NCBI GenBank assembly: GCA_002269645.1
Contig: NIVC01002123.1
Coordinates: 62,001-126,000, forward strand
Length of the DNA stretch: 64,000 nt
Direction: 5' to 3'
Source: Macrostomum lignano
Lineage: Eukaryota
Part shown: one piece after another, positions 23,301 through 34,743 of the stretch
Position numbering within the stretch: position 1 is the first letter of the stretch
Layout of the letters: every line of letters starts with the position of its first letter
Made by a program: the position numbers and the translations under genes
The notes under the pieces: model-generated
Seen by the model: the letters and a program-made list of their open reading frames with translations, nothing else
What the model was told of the DNA's origin: nothing
Databases searched by the model: none

Positions 23301-23483
23301 CAAGAGACACCACCAGCGCAAGATACCGTGGATAGTGATAAAGTGGAAGCATTTCCAGCTGGTCCAGTCACTACGCCGATTACGACGACCCGTTCCGGCC
23401 GTCTGGTGCGTAAGCCTCAGCGTTTCTTGAACACTATAGTGCGTCTGTGTTCGAGGAACGGACATTTAAGCAACAGCGCCTAG
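17352..23483 (+). CDS. Gag-Pol polyprotein 2043 aa: Gag, CCHC knuckle, cold-shock-like domain, aspartic protease, RT, RNase H, integrase, Pro-rich tail
   Basis: CNRCSDHDHLTADC (18378-18419); GTITVWKGGFGFI...LFCH (18486-18693); CLDSG (DSG at 18801); YLDD (20151); RNase H FILDCDSS; IN HHCC (YHRDINHCG...CEVC), VDHAGP, SDNG, KAER, GPY. Confidence 0.97.
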   Translation: MSSSNEESDEALSPNGAAGQGQQVLQLQTESSTSTPPEAGASSQQAAQVGDTSRDAKPPHGMAEQSDLSKVLQTLTMILEKTCDREASAAAEKLSNSSPKLRPPPPFQPQMNFELWETQFLTYVEAHHVPTPQQPAVLLSMLAPECQEFIFNNSLHRESIQTALKSLKDRFTDSGTEHKSYLELAVAEQLNSETTQEFFDRLTRLSKSANLKKPTAEPLVRARFCYGLRDKGLAERLILLGQENPTWSAEDLAKKAREIAGVKKLLSSEVTPVIRAAAPDRTAELEARIRELEKLVQQNQTTQSSDHNSKDFQNFPSQVPPVNLGQSGQYKNSSRWSKSPKRCNRCSDHDHLTADCPKPPPSNGVGAGGRPTGMAPMMEIGTITVWKGGFGFIQPSQMPDSLFCHYSSLDNELKQVANSHQLVGTTVQFLRRADPGHKHDRAVGVCRYQMPVRCDQSWAADTPVESSMFVQLGIGDNKVIACLDSGCNASVMGTKVRDQLIANDPINNTFIPARKYQAATAFNGTSTQILGTLHCEVKLGKISQTHVFLVTEGQVTDVLLGIDFMRGFNVNLLVADGQVTVAGEVVPVIEGDRGVFQARRVTAACNVQLPPRSETMVPSRVIGADPGSPGFLGTKLFCSDSEFFVAHSVDSVSSTGHVLVRLLNSGNQPSEIAAGQEIASFQSLRVGETISHTALTEKDFSVSSSKDLGTKLAKLPDPDLGTASWLKKQFKLEESTLSETQLTITLKLLNYFLSAISKSDTDLGKTHLHEMAIELNEPTCRPISQPSRRTTPAQKEFLDRHINQLIEQGVIEESNSEWASPIVLVRKKDGSQRLCIDYRSVNKVIKPCTFPLPLIEESFDSLAGSKVFSSLDLTSAYWQVGIREQDRDLTAFTCPQGTYRWKVVPFGIKTAPANFAKLMHKVFRPLLMRVSLIYLDDIIIKARDNDEMIVHLALVLWQLKKANLKIKPSKCELFKDRVRFLGFVVSSQGIEADPTKIDAVRNWCKPTDKRQLLAFLGFANYYRKFVARFSVIASPLYSLAKGSSKFCWLEHHDRAFEELKANLCAPPVLAYPDLKPSAGPFILDCDSSLEGVGGVLSQEGPDGQEHVVAYASKKFTHSQRNYCATMRELLGLVIMLEHFRTYLLDRSFLVRSDAAALQWLHTKKHSTGMLAQWLATIDVYNFKVCQTPLERLAEYDFSVEHRPGRDHVNADMLSRNPRFRSDHHDCPTCSKIPAFQDKFRKLEEQRCQDEDEDTDSMPAVQLRTAQIDACCQTEPHQSNQEPKYPSEILTSHEGSDEVRSHRSLSLPSTAQDPDPEGETSEDEMSENSENLWAREAQESSTDLVRLIEAVEGKSPRLTKVEVQDCSREIRTLWAMFDELEVVNGLLTRVKPAKQGQVSQRLIIIPETADVDELVSCYHRDINHCGINKTVRALKQRFQITNLEVFVKGIIAECEVCCRTKKNKRKNKEPLEPILSGYPNQIVHVDHAGPFPEQEGNRYLLVLVDNFSGYVEIVPVPDVSAATTATVILTEWIVRYGTMEKLVSDNGTAFINKTVAELTRLLEIDMARITAHRPQSNGKAERTIQSIKAQIRAICLEKRVNWVYAARLAGLSIRTTVAESTGWTPARLFFGRELVLPLDLLFNPPRHDRYDPDCYAHKLHKLLVEVSAIARMERGKAQQRQKRNYDRNTIHSNFEIGELVWVLNPDHRGLDSAVWLGPYKVVQKVSERNYRLIPEFARINPICQTPNPSHNIYNVDRMKRCIRKQTYQDIADRFELRVPALIPPSRLGQLDDQSESRSDSWGSSATTCSEPEPEAEVPNTQDDEAPDPPHTSAPDPPHTPAPDPPRTLAPDPPHTSAPDPPHTSAPDPPNTSAPDPPRTSAPDPPHPPAPDPPHTSAPDPPHTSSPDRLARNQSPSLPSAFVEVADSGNLQQDYQVPEIGAEVEVPQNNTEEQLPESRVHESSTTMPAMDGLRPESPTSGSHCIQETPPAQDTVDSDKVEAFPAGPVTTPITTTRSGRLVRKPQRFLNTIVRLCSRNGHLSNSA

Positions 23484-23850
23484 CGTTTAACCTTAATGGG
23501 GCTTACTTGGGGTCATTGCTCACTACTAATGATTTGTAACTGACAAAAAAACTTTTAAAAAATCCAAAAATATTGAAATGGAAATATTCGAATACGACAT
23601 TGCAGCAGTCGTTAAAGTAACCATGAAAAGGTAAATTTGAGTTTTCAGTTTTCAGTGCTGGTGGTCTGCTTTGGTTTTCACACATATCGTTTGCCTTGGC
23701 TGTGTTGCGGGCTATCGTTGCTGCAACGCTCTAAGCCTGGTGTGAAACTTTCCTAGCTTTCTTGTGCCTTTCCACCTTAGGTTCTTTTCTTTCGTCTTTG
23801 GGGGGGGGTTCTGCAGTTGTAGTTATTAGGGGGTGGGGGGGATCGGTCTC

Positions 23851-24663
23851 CTGCCAGCCACCATCGGCCTCCTGCCGGCTACCATCGGCCTCCTGCTGGC
23901 TACCATCGGCCTCCTGCTGGCTACCATCGGCCTCCTGCTGGCTACCATCGGCCTCCTGCCGGCTACCATCGGCCTCCTGCCGGCTACCATCGGCCTCCTG
24001 CCGGCTACCATCGGCCTCCTGCCGGCTACCATCGGCCTCCTGCCGGCCACCATCGGCCTCCTGCCGGCTACCATCGGCCTGCTCCTGCCGGCTACCATCG
24101 GCCTGCTCCTGCCGGCTACCATCGGCCTCCTGCTGGCTACCATCGGCCTCCTGCCGGCTACCATCGGCCTCCTGCCGGCTACCATCGGCCTCCTGCCGGC
24201 CACCATCGGCCTGCTCCTGCCGGCTACCATCGGCCTGCTCCTGCCGGCTACCATCGGCCTGCTCACGCCGGCTACCATCGGCCTGCTCCTGCCGGCTACC
24301 ATCGGCCTCCTGCCGGCTACCATCGGCCTCCTGCCGGCTACCATCGGCCTCCTGCCGGCTACCATCGGCCTCCTGCCGGCCACCATCGGCCTCCTGCCGG
24401 CTACCATCGGCCTGCTCCTGCCGGCTACCATCGGCCTGCTCCTGCCGGCTACCATCGGCCTCCTGCTGGCTACCATCGGCCTCCTGCCGGCTACCATCGG
24501 CCTCCTGCCGGCTACCATCGGCCTCCTGCCGGCCACCATCGGCCTGCTCCTGCCGGCTACCATCGGCCTGCTCCTGCCGGCTACCATCGGCCTGCTCACG
24601 CCGGCTACCATCGGCCTGCTCCTGCCGGCTACCATCGGCCTAATGCCGGCTACCATCGGCCTC
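23851..24663. repeat. 21/24-nt tandem array in the Gypsy 3' untranslated region (CTGCCGGCTACCATCGGCCTC)
   Basis: Directly visible between the pol stop and the PPT; explains the three ~300-aa repeat ORFs. Confidence 0.95.
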
Positions 24664-24936
24664 CTTTGGCGTTTCGTTCGCTCGTATGTCTTAATCCACT
24701 TTTGATTCCTTCTGACCGTTTGTCTCTCAATTAATTTTTCGCGAATATACAATAGTTATATTACTGAATTTTATATCGTTACTTATTGCTTAATCGATCG
24801 TCTACTGCTTTTATTCCCAACCAATATTTGTGGAGTTCGAGTGCGCTCAAATAACAACTTCGTTGACATTTTATTACATTTTAAGCCCTGTTATTTTCGA
24901 ATTCATAAGATCGCCAGGCCGTTCCCTAATTTTTGC

Positions 24937-24949
24937 GGAAAGGGGCGGA
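24937..24949 (+). promoter_or_regulatory. Polypurine tract
   Basis: GGAAAGGGGCGGA immediately before the 3' LTR. Confidence 0.85.
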
Positions 24950-25401
24950 TGTAACGTCGTCGCTTCTGTATTGAAAATGTTCAATTTCGTATTTATGTTT
25001 TTTTGCAATTAATATTTAAAACTATATCTATTTTGGTCTAATGTTTGTAACTTATTTTTTAGTTACTTTCCTCATTTGGTTTAATTTTGTTTTTCTATTT
25101 TCAATTAGTGCAGTTATTCAAATTTTGCTTCTTGATAGTTTTTGTGTAGAGTCCTGCGCTCTGTGTGTTGGTCTTAGTTCCCGTAGGCTGGGTGGCATTA
25201 ACATTATATTATCGTCTCAGGTTACCCTTTGGTAATAGTTGGCATTGCCATACTGCTTCTGACCTACTCACCATTATTCAGACTAGCAATTGAGTTGTTA
25301 AATTAATAATACGTATATTGGCCTAGGACAAGATCAACACTCAGACTCAGCACGCGCACGCGCATCAGTCCCATGTTCTCGAACTAAATAAACTCGTCAC
25401 A
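24950..25401 (+). repeat. 3' LTR (452 bp)
   Basis: Matches the 5' LTR; followed by TSD ATAC. Confidence 0.96.
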
Positions 25402-28400
25402 ATACAATTTTTCTTTAGAAAATAGCTCGAAGGTTTCGGATTCTTTTCAATTTTGCTTGTGATAGGTACGCGCGGAAATTATTTAACTGTTTTTAAGGGA
25501 AGTAGTAATGTCATTTTATGCATTATTTTCATATTGTTTTCTTTTCATTTCATTAGCCCAAAGTTGCGAATACTCGCAAATGTGTGTTGTTCCTTTTCAA
25601 TGCATATTCGTAAATATCCTAATTTTAATTTTTACTAGACCTGTCCATGTGATTAAATACAGACACTATTTACCTATACAAATTTCATATTGTTTTTGAC
25701 TTAGTCTTTGGTTAGAAAGCTATCAATTTTTAAGCCAGCCCTACTAATAATATAGACCTAGTCGTAAAAAAGCCCTAACCATTTAACTAGTCATCTAGAA
25801 TGTATAATAATTTTATATTTTAATATATTTCAATTATTTAATATTATTATTTTACATTTTACTTTACAAGCATATTTTTTATTTTTACATCATTATCCTA
25901 AATCCGAACACACTGCACATAGCATAAAAATCTTTATTACCTAGGTCTCTAATCCTAGGGAAAATCTCCTTCACAAAGCTTTGAAAGTGGCAAAATTTAT
26001 TCATTTTACTGCTCTACCTCTACCTATAAAATTAAAGGCTCTAATGATCTGAATTTTTTACATTTTAAATTTTAAATATAGTTTATTAATAGCTATTTAT
26101 ATTCAGTTATAATTTACATTGTTATAGGTGAGTAAAATTTCTAATTATCTTATATTTTAGTAACTAGTTTTAGTCTTTGTCTTTTAATGCAAATATTCGT
26201 ATTATATAGTAGCTCCTACTTATGTATGCCTAGTTATCACATTTTTATTCAATAATAATTTTATTATTTTATAAGTTAACTGTTTTAATATTAAAACAAT
26301 ATATTATCTTATTATTTACATGCCAGTAATTGTCATGCCAATGAAATGCTTTATTCAAACCATGTTAGGGAGAAGGCTATAAATATTTAGATTTTCTTGT
26401 GATGCTTAGTACTTGCTTGTATATAAGACTAACATTGTATTTTATTTGATCAATCATGCCATCTTCCCAGAGCCCATCAAACTCTATGGGAATTTGTGCT
26501 AAGCATTGGCCTGCTAAAACACCATTGCACAATATGATATGCTTCTAGAGGCCAATTAAATTAATCCACCAAATGTCTTTCTTGACACCCCAAGGTCTTC
26601 ACTACACTTGACTGCACCAAGTGAGTAAATTTTCTAAATAATGCTATCTTTCCAATATGTGAGGATCAAGGGTAGCCAATGGTTGAGGCAAGTGATGACA
26701 TTCTTACATGTTACATGGCTAGTGTCCCTAAATTCCTAATGGCGCAATTTTCAGCAAAAGTTATAGCATGACCTTTCAGGGAAGTTCATTCCAATGATTA
26801 GACAGATAAAATTCCTCATTTCACTATTACCCATAACTACAGGACATTTTGATGCGGCTCAACTTCAGCATTGTTGCTCATCATTGCAGCACCCAAGTCC
26901 CATTGTCGAATTTTTGGGCTTCCAGCATCAACTGTTTCGATAGTCTCAATTGGAGGCCATGAAAAGCAATGTCAGGCATGCTGGTGCCAAGCTTGGAGAG
27001 GAATTTGGAGCCCACCTGATTGCCCTGCGGGAATTGTGCCAAGAGAACTCGCGCCAATCATTTTTGTCCAGCAGCAGCAGCAACAGCTAAGTGTTACTCA
27101 TCCAAATGGAACTCACTACAATAACTGACATAATGCGGCTGCCCGATTGCACTTTGCTGGCCTTAACGGAAATCGCGCACTGAGAAGCATCGCCCATGTT
27201 CCTCAGCCTAATATTGAGGTCTCACCTTGGTGGTCTTGACAATTTATGATGCAATTTTCATAGACATGCCCATTGAACCTGGAATGCTATGCTGCATCTC
27301 AAAAAGGCTGGCTAACGTTTTTTGAAGGGTTTAGTGCGGCAAGACTCTGAGTCTGATAGATAATCCAAATGTCAGTCAGCGTAGGCCAACTGCGCAAGCT
27401 TGATCCAAGCTGATGAGCATCATGGTGGTTGCCAATTTGGCCTTGCCTTATTTTTTCAGGCCTTACATTTTTTAATACATTGAACATTACAAGAATGCAT
27501 TTTAAAAACAAAGGAGCATTTTCTATTTTAAATATCAGTATGTATACAAAATTTATCCATACATTGCTGTTACATTGCATAAATACACTATATATTTTAT
27601 AAATATTCGTTGCAAATCAAAACACTTTAAAAGTTCACATTTCCAATCTGTACATGAGAGAATATAAGTCTTGTCTTTTTATTTACTCAGATGAAAGTGA
27701 AGTTCTTAAATTTGGGAGTTAATGCATATGAAAGACGATGCCTGCAAAAACAAAGGCTGGAGCACCTGTGTTGGCCAGCAAGCAGTTGAAGAACTTCGGT
27801 CACTCATCTTGAAGGCAGTTCGCAGTAGATTAGCCTCTAGGCTGTGGTTAGCACAGCCATCTTCTGTATGCTGATAACCAAACCAATTGCCACCACAAAA
27901 GCAACCAGTCTGCCACAACTCTAAGGGTGGCAAGCTAGGTGCACCGAGTTGCGACAAGTGGGTATAGGACATGGAATGCCATAATGCATGTTATTAGGTT
28001 AGACAAACATGAAGCATTGTTGGCCTGTACACAGCTTAGTAAATAGTCTCAGAATGCAGGCAGGAGACCAGGCAAGTAGTAGTTTAGGCTTTGGTGCTGG
28101 CAGCTGAAACAAATCATGTTGAAATAAAAGGTATTGAATACTTTCATCTATAACTTTTCATAAACAATTTTAAATGTTAATAAACATAATGATTTTCCTG
28201 TGCATTTGCTCTTGCAATCTTTAAAGAAGAAAACACATTAAAAATTTAAGAAATTATATTATATTATATTAAATTATATTGTATTATTATATTATTTTCG
28301 AATAAATAATGCCAAAAACTATGTCTGATGACTTTTTAGTTTTAACTCTAATAAAACTACTGGTATCAGCTATCTAGCTTATTGCTCAAAATAGATTAGC

Positions 28401-30293
28401 ATCGAACAAAGGTGGTGCAATCCATGTACAAAATACAAAGTCTTACTGCAAACATTTTGTTTGTAAAAGAACTAATTTTAAATTGTTAGCGCATTGGTCA
28501 GCAGGAACAGTTGTGCAAGGTAACTAGTGTTATTTATGAGAGAAAATCTAACAGTTTTTAGTAATTAAAATAAATTTTATCATTAAAAGTAAAATGCTTT
28601 GCTAGAAGAAGCATATTTGTAATTCCAGGCACTTAGATATTTATAAAAAACATTGAGACAGCGATACTGCTGCTATTTACTTATGTGTGTAGTATGCATG
28701 CAGTACGTCAATGTCATAACATAATTCGAATACAAAATGGCAGCATTCAAAAGTAAAAACGGAAAAATGGGTGAAACAGCTGTCTATGTTTTATGAGATT
28801 TCAAGCAGCGCCTTTGTCTAAGTTTTTTATTTTATTCATGCACATTAAATAGTGAATGGCGAAAGCCAATGGGAACGAGGACATTAACAGTGTCGTGTGT
28901 AGTGTATTTTTAAAAACACTTTGTATAAAAATGGTTAAATAATTTCCGCGCGTACCTATCACAAGCAAAATTGAAAAGAATCCGAAACCTTCGAGCTATT
29001 TTCTAAAGAAAAATTGTATTCATTACTAAATTTTAGTAACCTTTCAAATTTTGTGCAGAATTAAAAATTTGGCGCGAAAATATTTGTTCGAAATGAAACC
29101 TCTAAAAAACCTCAAAACCTCCGAAACCCCTCGATGAGAATCACCCGCATCACAAGAAGCATAATTTCCAAGAACCAACCTTACATAATATCACCATAAA
29201 GCATTTTACCAAGGACTACTCAAGTATTCCTTACATTTTACATGTGGAGGTTCCACCTATACATTTAATTACATTACATTAGGTCGCATTATCACTACAA
29301 GTACACTCTGTGTAATTGTGCATGCGTGGTTCTGTTCTATTATAGATGCTGCTGACGACTGCATGATGATACATTTAGTAGGTAGGGCCTAGCAATGCAT
29401 AGGCCTAGACGAACATAGCCGTTGAGTTGAGTACAGAAGGTCAGAAACATTTATTTTGTTTTCAAGATGTAGTCCTAAAGAAAAGAAAAGCAGCAATCAA
29501 CAATAGTTTTAGTCATTCTTAATTTAGATCTTTGCTTTTTCGCAATAATTTACAAGCGTGTTTGCTATAGAGTATAGCCTATATTAACATAATAGAAATT
29601 GCTAAGTAACACAGTAGGCCTAGCAATGCATGCAGTGCCCATTATTGATATAGGCCCCTAATGCTGAATAAATATTATGAAAAAATTGGACCATCTTCTT
29701 AATTCCAATGTAGGCCTAGGCTATGCAAAGCTTGTATGGCCTATGCCTAAGCTAGTATAAACCAACCTGATTTATTTAAATTCATTAGGCCCTAGGCCTA
29801 TTTATTATTATTTAACTTTTGTTTAAAAAAAACAAACAAATTGTTTCTTTATTTTTTATTATTAGGTCTAACATTATATTAAATTTAGGCTTTTAAAAAT
29901 AGATTGCCATTATTATTTATTACTAGGCCTATATTAGGCCTAGCCTTAGTAGATTATTATACTTATAGGCCTAGTATTAATTATACTATTATGTATTAAT
30001 ATTATTCAGTTATAATTTTAATATAATAGCTAGGCCCTATAATGGCTATATTGGGTCTTAGACTTAGTGCACTTTTAGGCATCATTGTCATATACTTGAT
30101 AAGAGGCATTATTGAATATTGTATATTTTGCTTACTTTTCTAAATTGGCATATAAAATAATATAGATATATATAAAATGATATAGATATATGATCATGTA
30201 AGAATATATATAATATTACCAAAGTATTAAAATAGAAGAATAAAATAACTTTGCTATTCCATGCAATATATGCATAAGATATTAATCTATATA

Positions 30294-31028
30294 CAAAGGG
30301 TGCTAGCTGGGATAGTGATCATTTGGGCACTACTTTCTACAATAGCATCTAAATTGCCTAAATGAGTAGGTAGTTTAAAGAAAAACTATTAATGGTCTAG
30401 ATGAGTGTTGATTTTTTTCTCTAGCACTTTTATTAGCTGAGTTATAGCCCATCACGTGGTTATATCCATGGACATAAATTGCAATTTTCACCAGCTGCTA
30501 AAAGATAAAAGTCTAAAGCCACTAAGATTGGAGGGTCAGGGGTCAAACAGGGACACAACTGTTCTTGAAAAATCTTAAGCAAAAGAATCAAATGTCATCA
30601 CAATCATCGCAATCCTCTTCTCAGTGATCACCTTTGCCCACTTCTTCGAGAGCTTGTTGATAGCCTGCCAATACATGGAGCAGAATTCCTGCAAGCAAAT
30701 CAGATGCATCACCTCAGCTTCCACTTGCACATGGTCGCTGCCAAGCACTCAACCCTGCATGAGCTGCTTAAATGCACCAAATACTCTATAGTTGCAGGGT
30801 GACATACCTGGTGATCTGTCACCTGCAACTAGTGAAATTGCAATTTATGGCCATAGATATCACCACGTGATAGGCCATAACTCAGCTAATAAGTGCTAGA
30901 GAAAAAAATCAACACTCATCTAGACCATTGATAGTTTTTCTTTAAACTACCTGCTACTTTAGGCAATTTAGATGCCATTGTAGAAAGTAGCATGCCCAAA
31001 TGATTACTATCCCAGCTAGCACCCTTTG
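30294..31028. mobile_element. Mariner-derived MITE/deletion derivative (735 bp) with ~200-bp inverted arms
   Basis: TA|CAAAGGGTG...CACCCTTTG|TA; arms 30294-~30498 and ~30825-31028; interior holds a mariner transposase C-terminal remnant. Confidence 0.88.
30600..30814 (-). pseudogene. Mariner transposase C-terminal remnant
   Basis: Translates SPGMSPCNYRVFGAFKQLMQG*VLGSD...YWQAINKLSKKWAKVI, matching the mariner YSPDL(A/S)P.D(Y/F).LF..LK...G..F...GI.KL..RW.K.I motif; contains a TGA stop. Confidence 0.8.
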
Positions 31029-32161
31029 TATAAGATAGTATAGGCCTACTATTGCTTTAAAGTACAAAAACTTACTATATAACTATATACTATACACTAC
31101 CATATACTATATACCAGGCAATTGGCTATAGACTATGGTCAAGACTATGTCATTTAAGAGACTTACTTATTATAGACTAGAAAATTATTTAATATAGGGG
31201 CCTAGTATTGCCATTTAGTTTTATTTTAAAAGTGTAGTTGATAGCTAAATAAATCATTTTAAAATCATTTTAATAAATCATTTAGTGCATCTACTCAATG
31301 ATTGCAAAAATAGTTTTTTGGTTGCCTATAAATTATCTATAAACCCTTGAATTATTAACTCTATAAAAGCCATGACTATTTTTGCTCTATTGCTTAGATT
31401 TAAAGTTAGAAAATAAAGTTGCTTTGCTTTCTTTGTTTTAATGCTTTATGATATTTGCTTAATAAGCTTTTGAATTCTGTAGATACAAATAATCATATTA
31501 ACAACAAGAAAATAATTTAATGAATAGTTCTGCAAGATAGTCTTAGATATATATACACTCCATTGTGCCTTGGGATTGGCCTTCAAGAGCATTCTTTAAA
31601 TCTACAAGATTAAGGGATAAAATATATAATCTAATTTCTAATGTGGCAATATAGAAATGGTTGAACTATTTTCTTATATTTTTATCTAGATTCAATTACT
31701 TAGAAATATATAGATATGGCATAAATGATTGACAAGCATAAATAGCTCTATAGACATTTAAATAACATGGCAATCAGGTCCTAAAGGATTTTGCCATAAA
31801 AGTCTAATAGAATAAAAATTGTATTTAAAAAGACTAAAGGTACTATGCTAATAATGCTTTTTAATTCAATTCTTCAACTTGTCTCAGTTTGATTTAACTC
31901 AATCTCAATGATGCTATAGGCTTGGCAGACCCAATATTATATATTTGCAGTTTCCCAAATTTATGCTGGCTATTTGACTTAGTTTCAACAAAAATACTAA
32001 TTAGTTGGCTCCAGTTGCAACCCAGCTCTAGTTATTTATTTTTTAGTTAGCCATAATGATTTGATTTTAAATTCATACCTTCATCCTGAAAATGGTTTAA
32101 AACAATAGAAACTAACCTTTGAAAATACTTGCAGAACTAGAAGTTAACAAGCAAACATTAA

Positions 32162-33497
<1,336 letters not shown>

Positions 33498-33544
33498 AGG
33501 CACTGTCTGATCTAGTCACACTGGGCTTCATTTAGCTTCTTGTT

Positions 33545-34215
33545 ATGGGATTTCAGTTGCTGTGAGATCCCCAACTGATGTGGGGGATTTCAGTTGCTGT
33601 GAGATCCCCTACTGATATGGGGGATTTCAGTTGCTGTGAGATCCCCAACTGAGATGGGGGATTTCAGTTGCTGTGAGATCCCCAACTGAGATGGGGGATT
33701 TTAGTTGCTGTGAGATCCCCAACTGATGTGGGGTATTTGAGTTGCCGTGAGATCCCCAACTGATGTGGGGGATTTCAATTGCGGCGTGATCCCCAACTGA
33801 GATGGGGGATTTAGTTGCCATGAGATCCCCAACTGAGATGGGGGATTTCAGTTGCCATGAGATCCCCAACTGAGATGGGGGATTTCAGTTGCCATGAGAT
33901 CCCCAACTGAGATGGGGGATTTCAGTTGCCATGAGATCCCCAACTGAGATGGGGGATTTCAGTTGCCATGAGATCCCCAACTGAGATGGGGGATTTCAGT
34001 TGCCATGAGATCCCCAACTGAGATGGGGGATTTTAGTTTCTGTCTGATCCCCAACTGAGATGGGATTTCAGTTGCTGTGACATCCCCTACTGATATGGGG
34101 GATTTCAGTTGCTGTGAGATCCCCAACTGAGATGGGATTTCAGTTGCTGTGACATCCCCTACTGATATGGGGGATTTCAGTTGCTGTGAGATCCCCAACT
34201 GATTTCTGATTTCAG
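33545..34215. repeat. 37-nt minisatellite with internal inverted repeats
   Basis: GGGGATTTCAGTTGCCATGAGATCCCCAACTGAGATG units. Confidence 0.93.
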
Positions 34216-34743
34216 TTGCTATAAGGCTGTGTTTACAGACTCCATAGAAAAAATGGTACATCAGAAGTTCCACACTTGTCAGTCAGTCTTGCTTATGTCC
34301 TCAACAACTAATCTCTTAATCTCTTGAGGTTAATCTCTTAATGCTCTTTCTGTAATTAACGTTATTTGAAATTAAATTGAATTTGTTTCAAACAGTAATT
34401 ATAACTTTGCCAAGAACTCAACATTCCAGAGTTTTAAAGCTGTGAAAAGAAAGAATTCCAACCATTAAATGCGCGTTGCTCTACTTAGTTAGTAGCAATA
34501 TATGTAATATCATGCCGTGCTTTTTTGTCGTTTTTTCAGTTGTTGCTTTTAGTTGCACTTATTATTGGCGAAATATATGCTGTGTAGAATTTGAATTTGA
34601 AAACTTTCCTTGTTGCCGGCTGGCCTCAAATATTAATCTGAGCTGATGATTTGCATGATTGATTTTAACTGCTAACTGACTACAGCAATCGGATTTTCGA
34701 CTCGCTTTTATTTACCCACTTTGCCCACTGAGAGACCTACTGC

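Larger units (their letters stand above)
16259..25401 (+). mobile_element. Full-length Ty3/Gypsy LTR retrotransposon (9143 bp)
   Basis: Two 452-bp LTRs (TGTAAC...GTCACA), 4-bp TSD ATAC (16255-16258 / 25402-25405), PBS, PPT, and a single gag-pol ORF in PR-RT-RH-IN order. Confidence 0.97.
16128..29146. mobile_element. Mutator-like long-TIR element (~3.9 kb without the nested Gypsy), left TIR split by the Gypsy insertion
   Basis: TIRs begin GGGTGATTCTCATCGA. Left TIR = 16128-16258 + 25402-~25490; right TIR = ~28933-29146 uninterrupted. 9-bp TSD GCATCACAA at 16119-16127 and 29147-29155. Interior is degenerate. Confidence 0.88.

Noticed and set aside
22600-23483. Chromodomain at the integrase C-terminus
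   Set aside because: No aromatic-cage or chromodomain pattern; the region is a Pro/acidic low-complexity tail.
23762-24752. env-like or antisense ORFs of ~290-310 aa in the Gypsy 3' region
   Set aside because: Purely the translation of a 21/24-nt tandem array; non-ATG starts, no signal peptide, furin site or TM anchor architecture.
25500-28930. Transposase gene inside the Mutator-like element
   Set aside because: Only faint fragments (e.g. HQTLWEFV near 26470) amid many stops; no DDE domain could be reconstructed.
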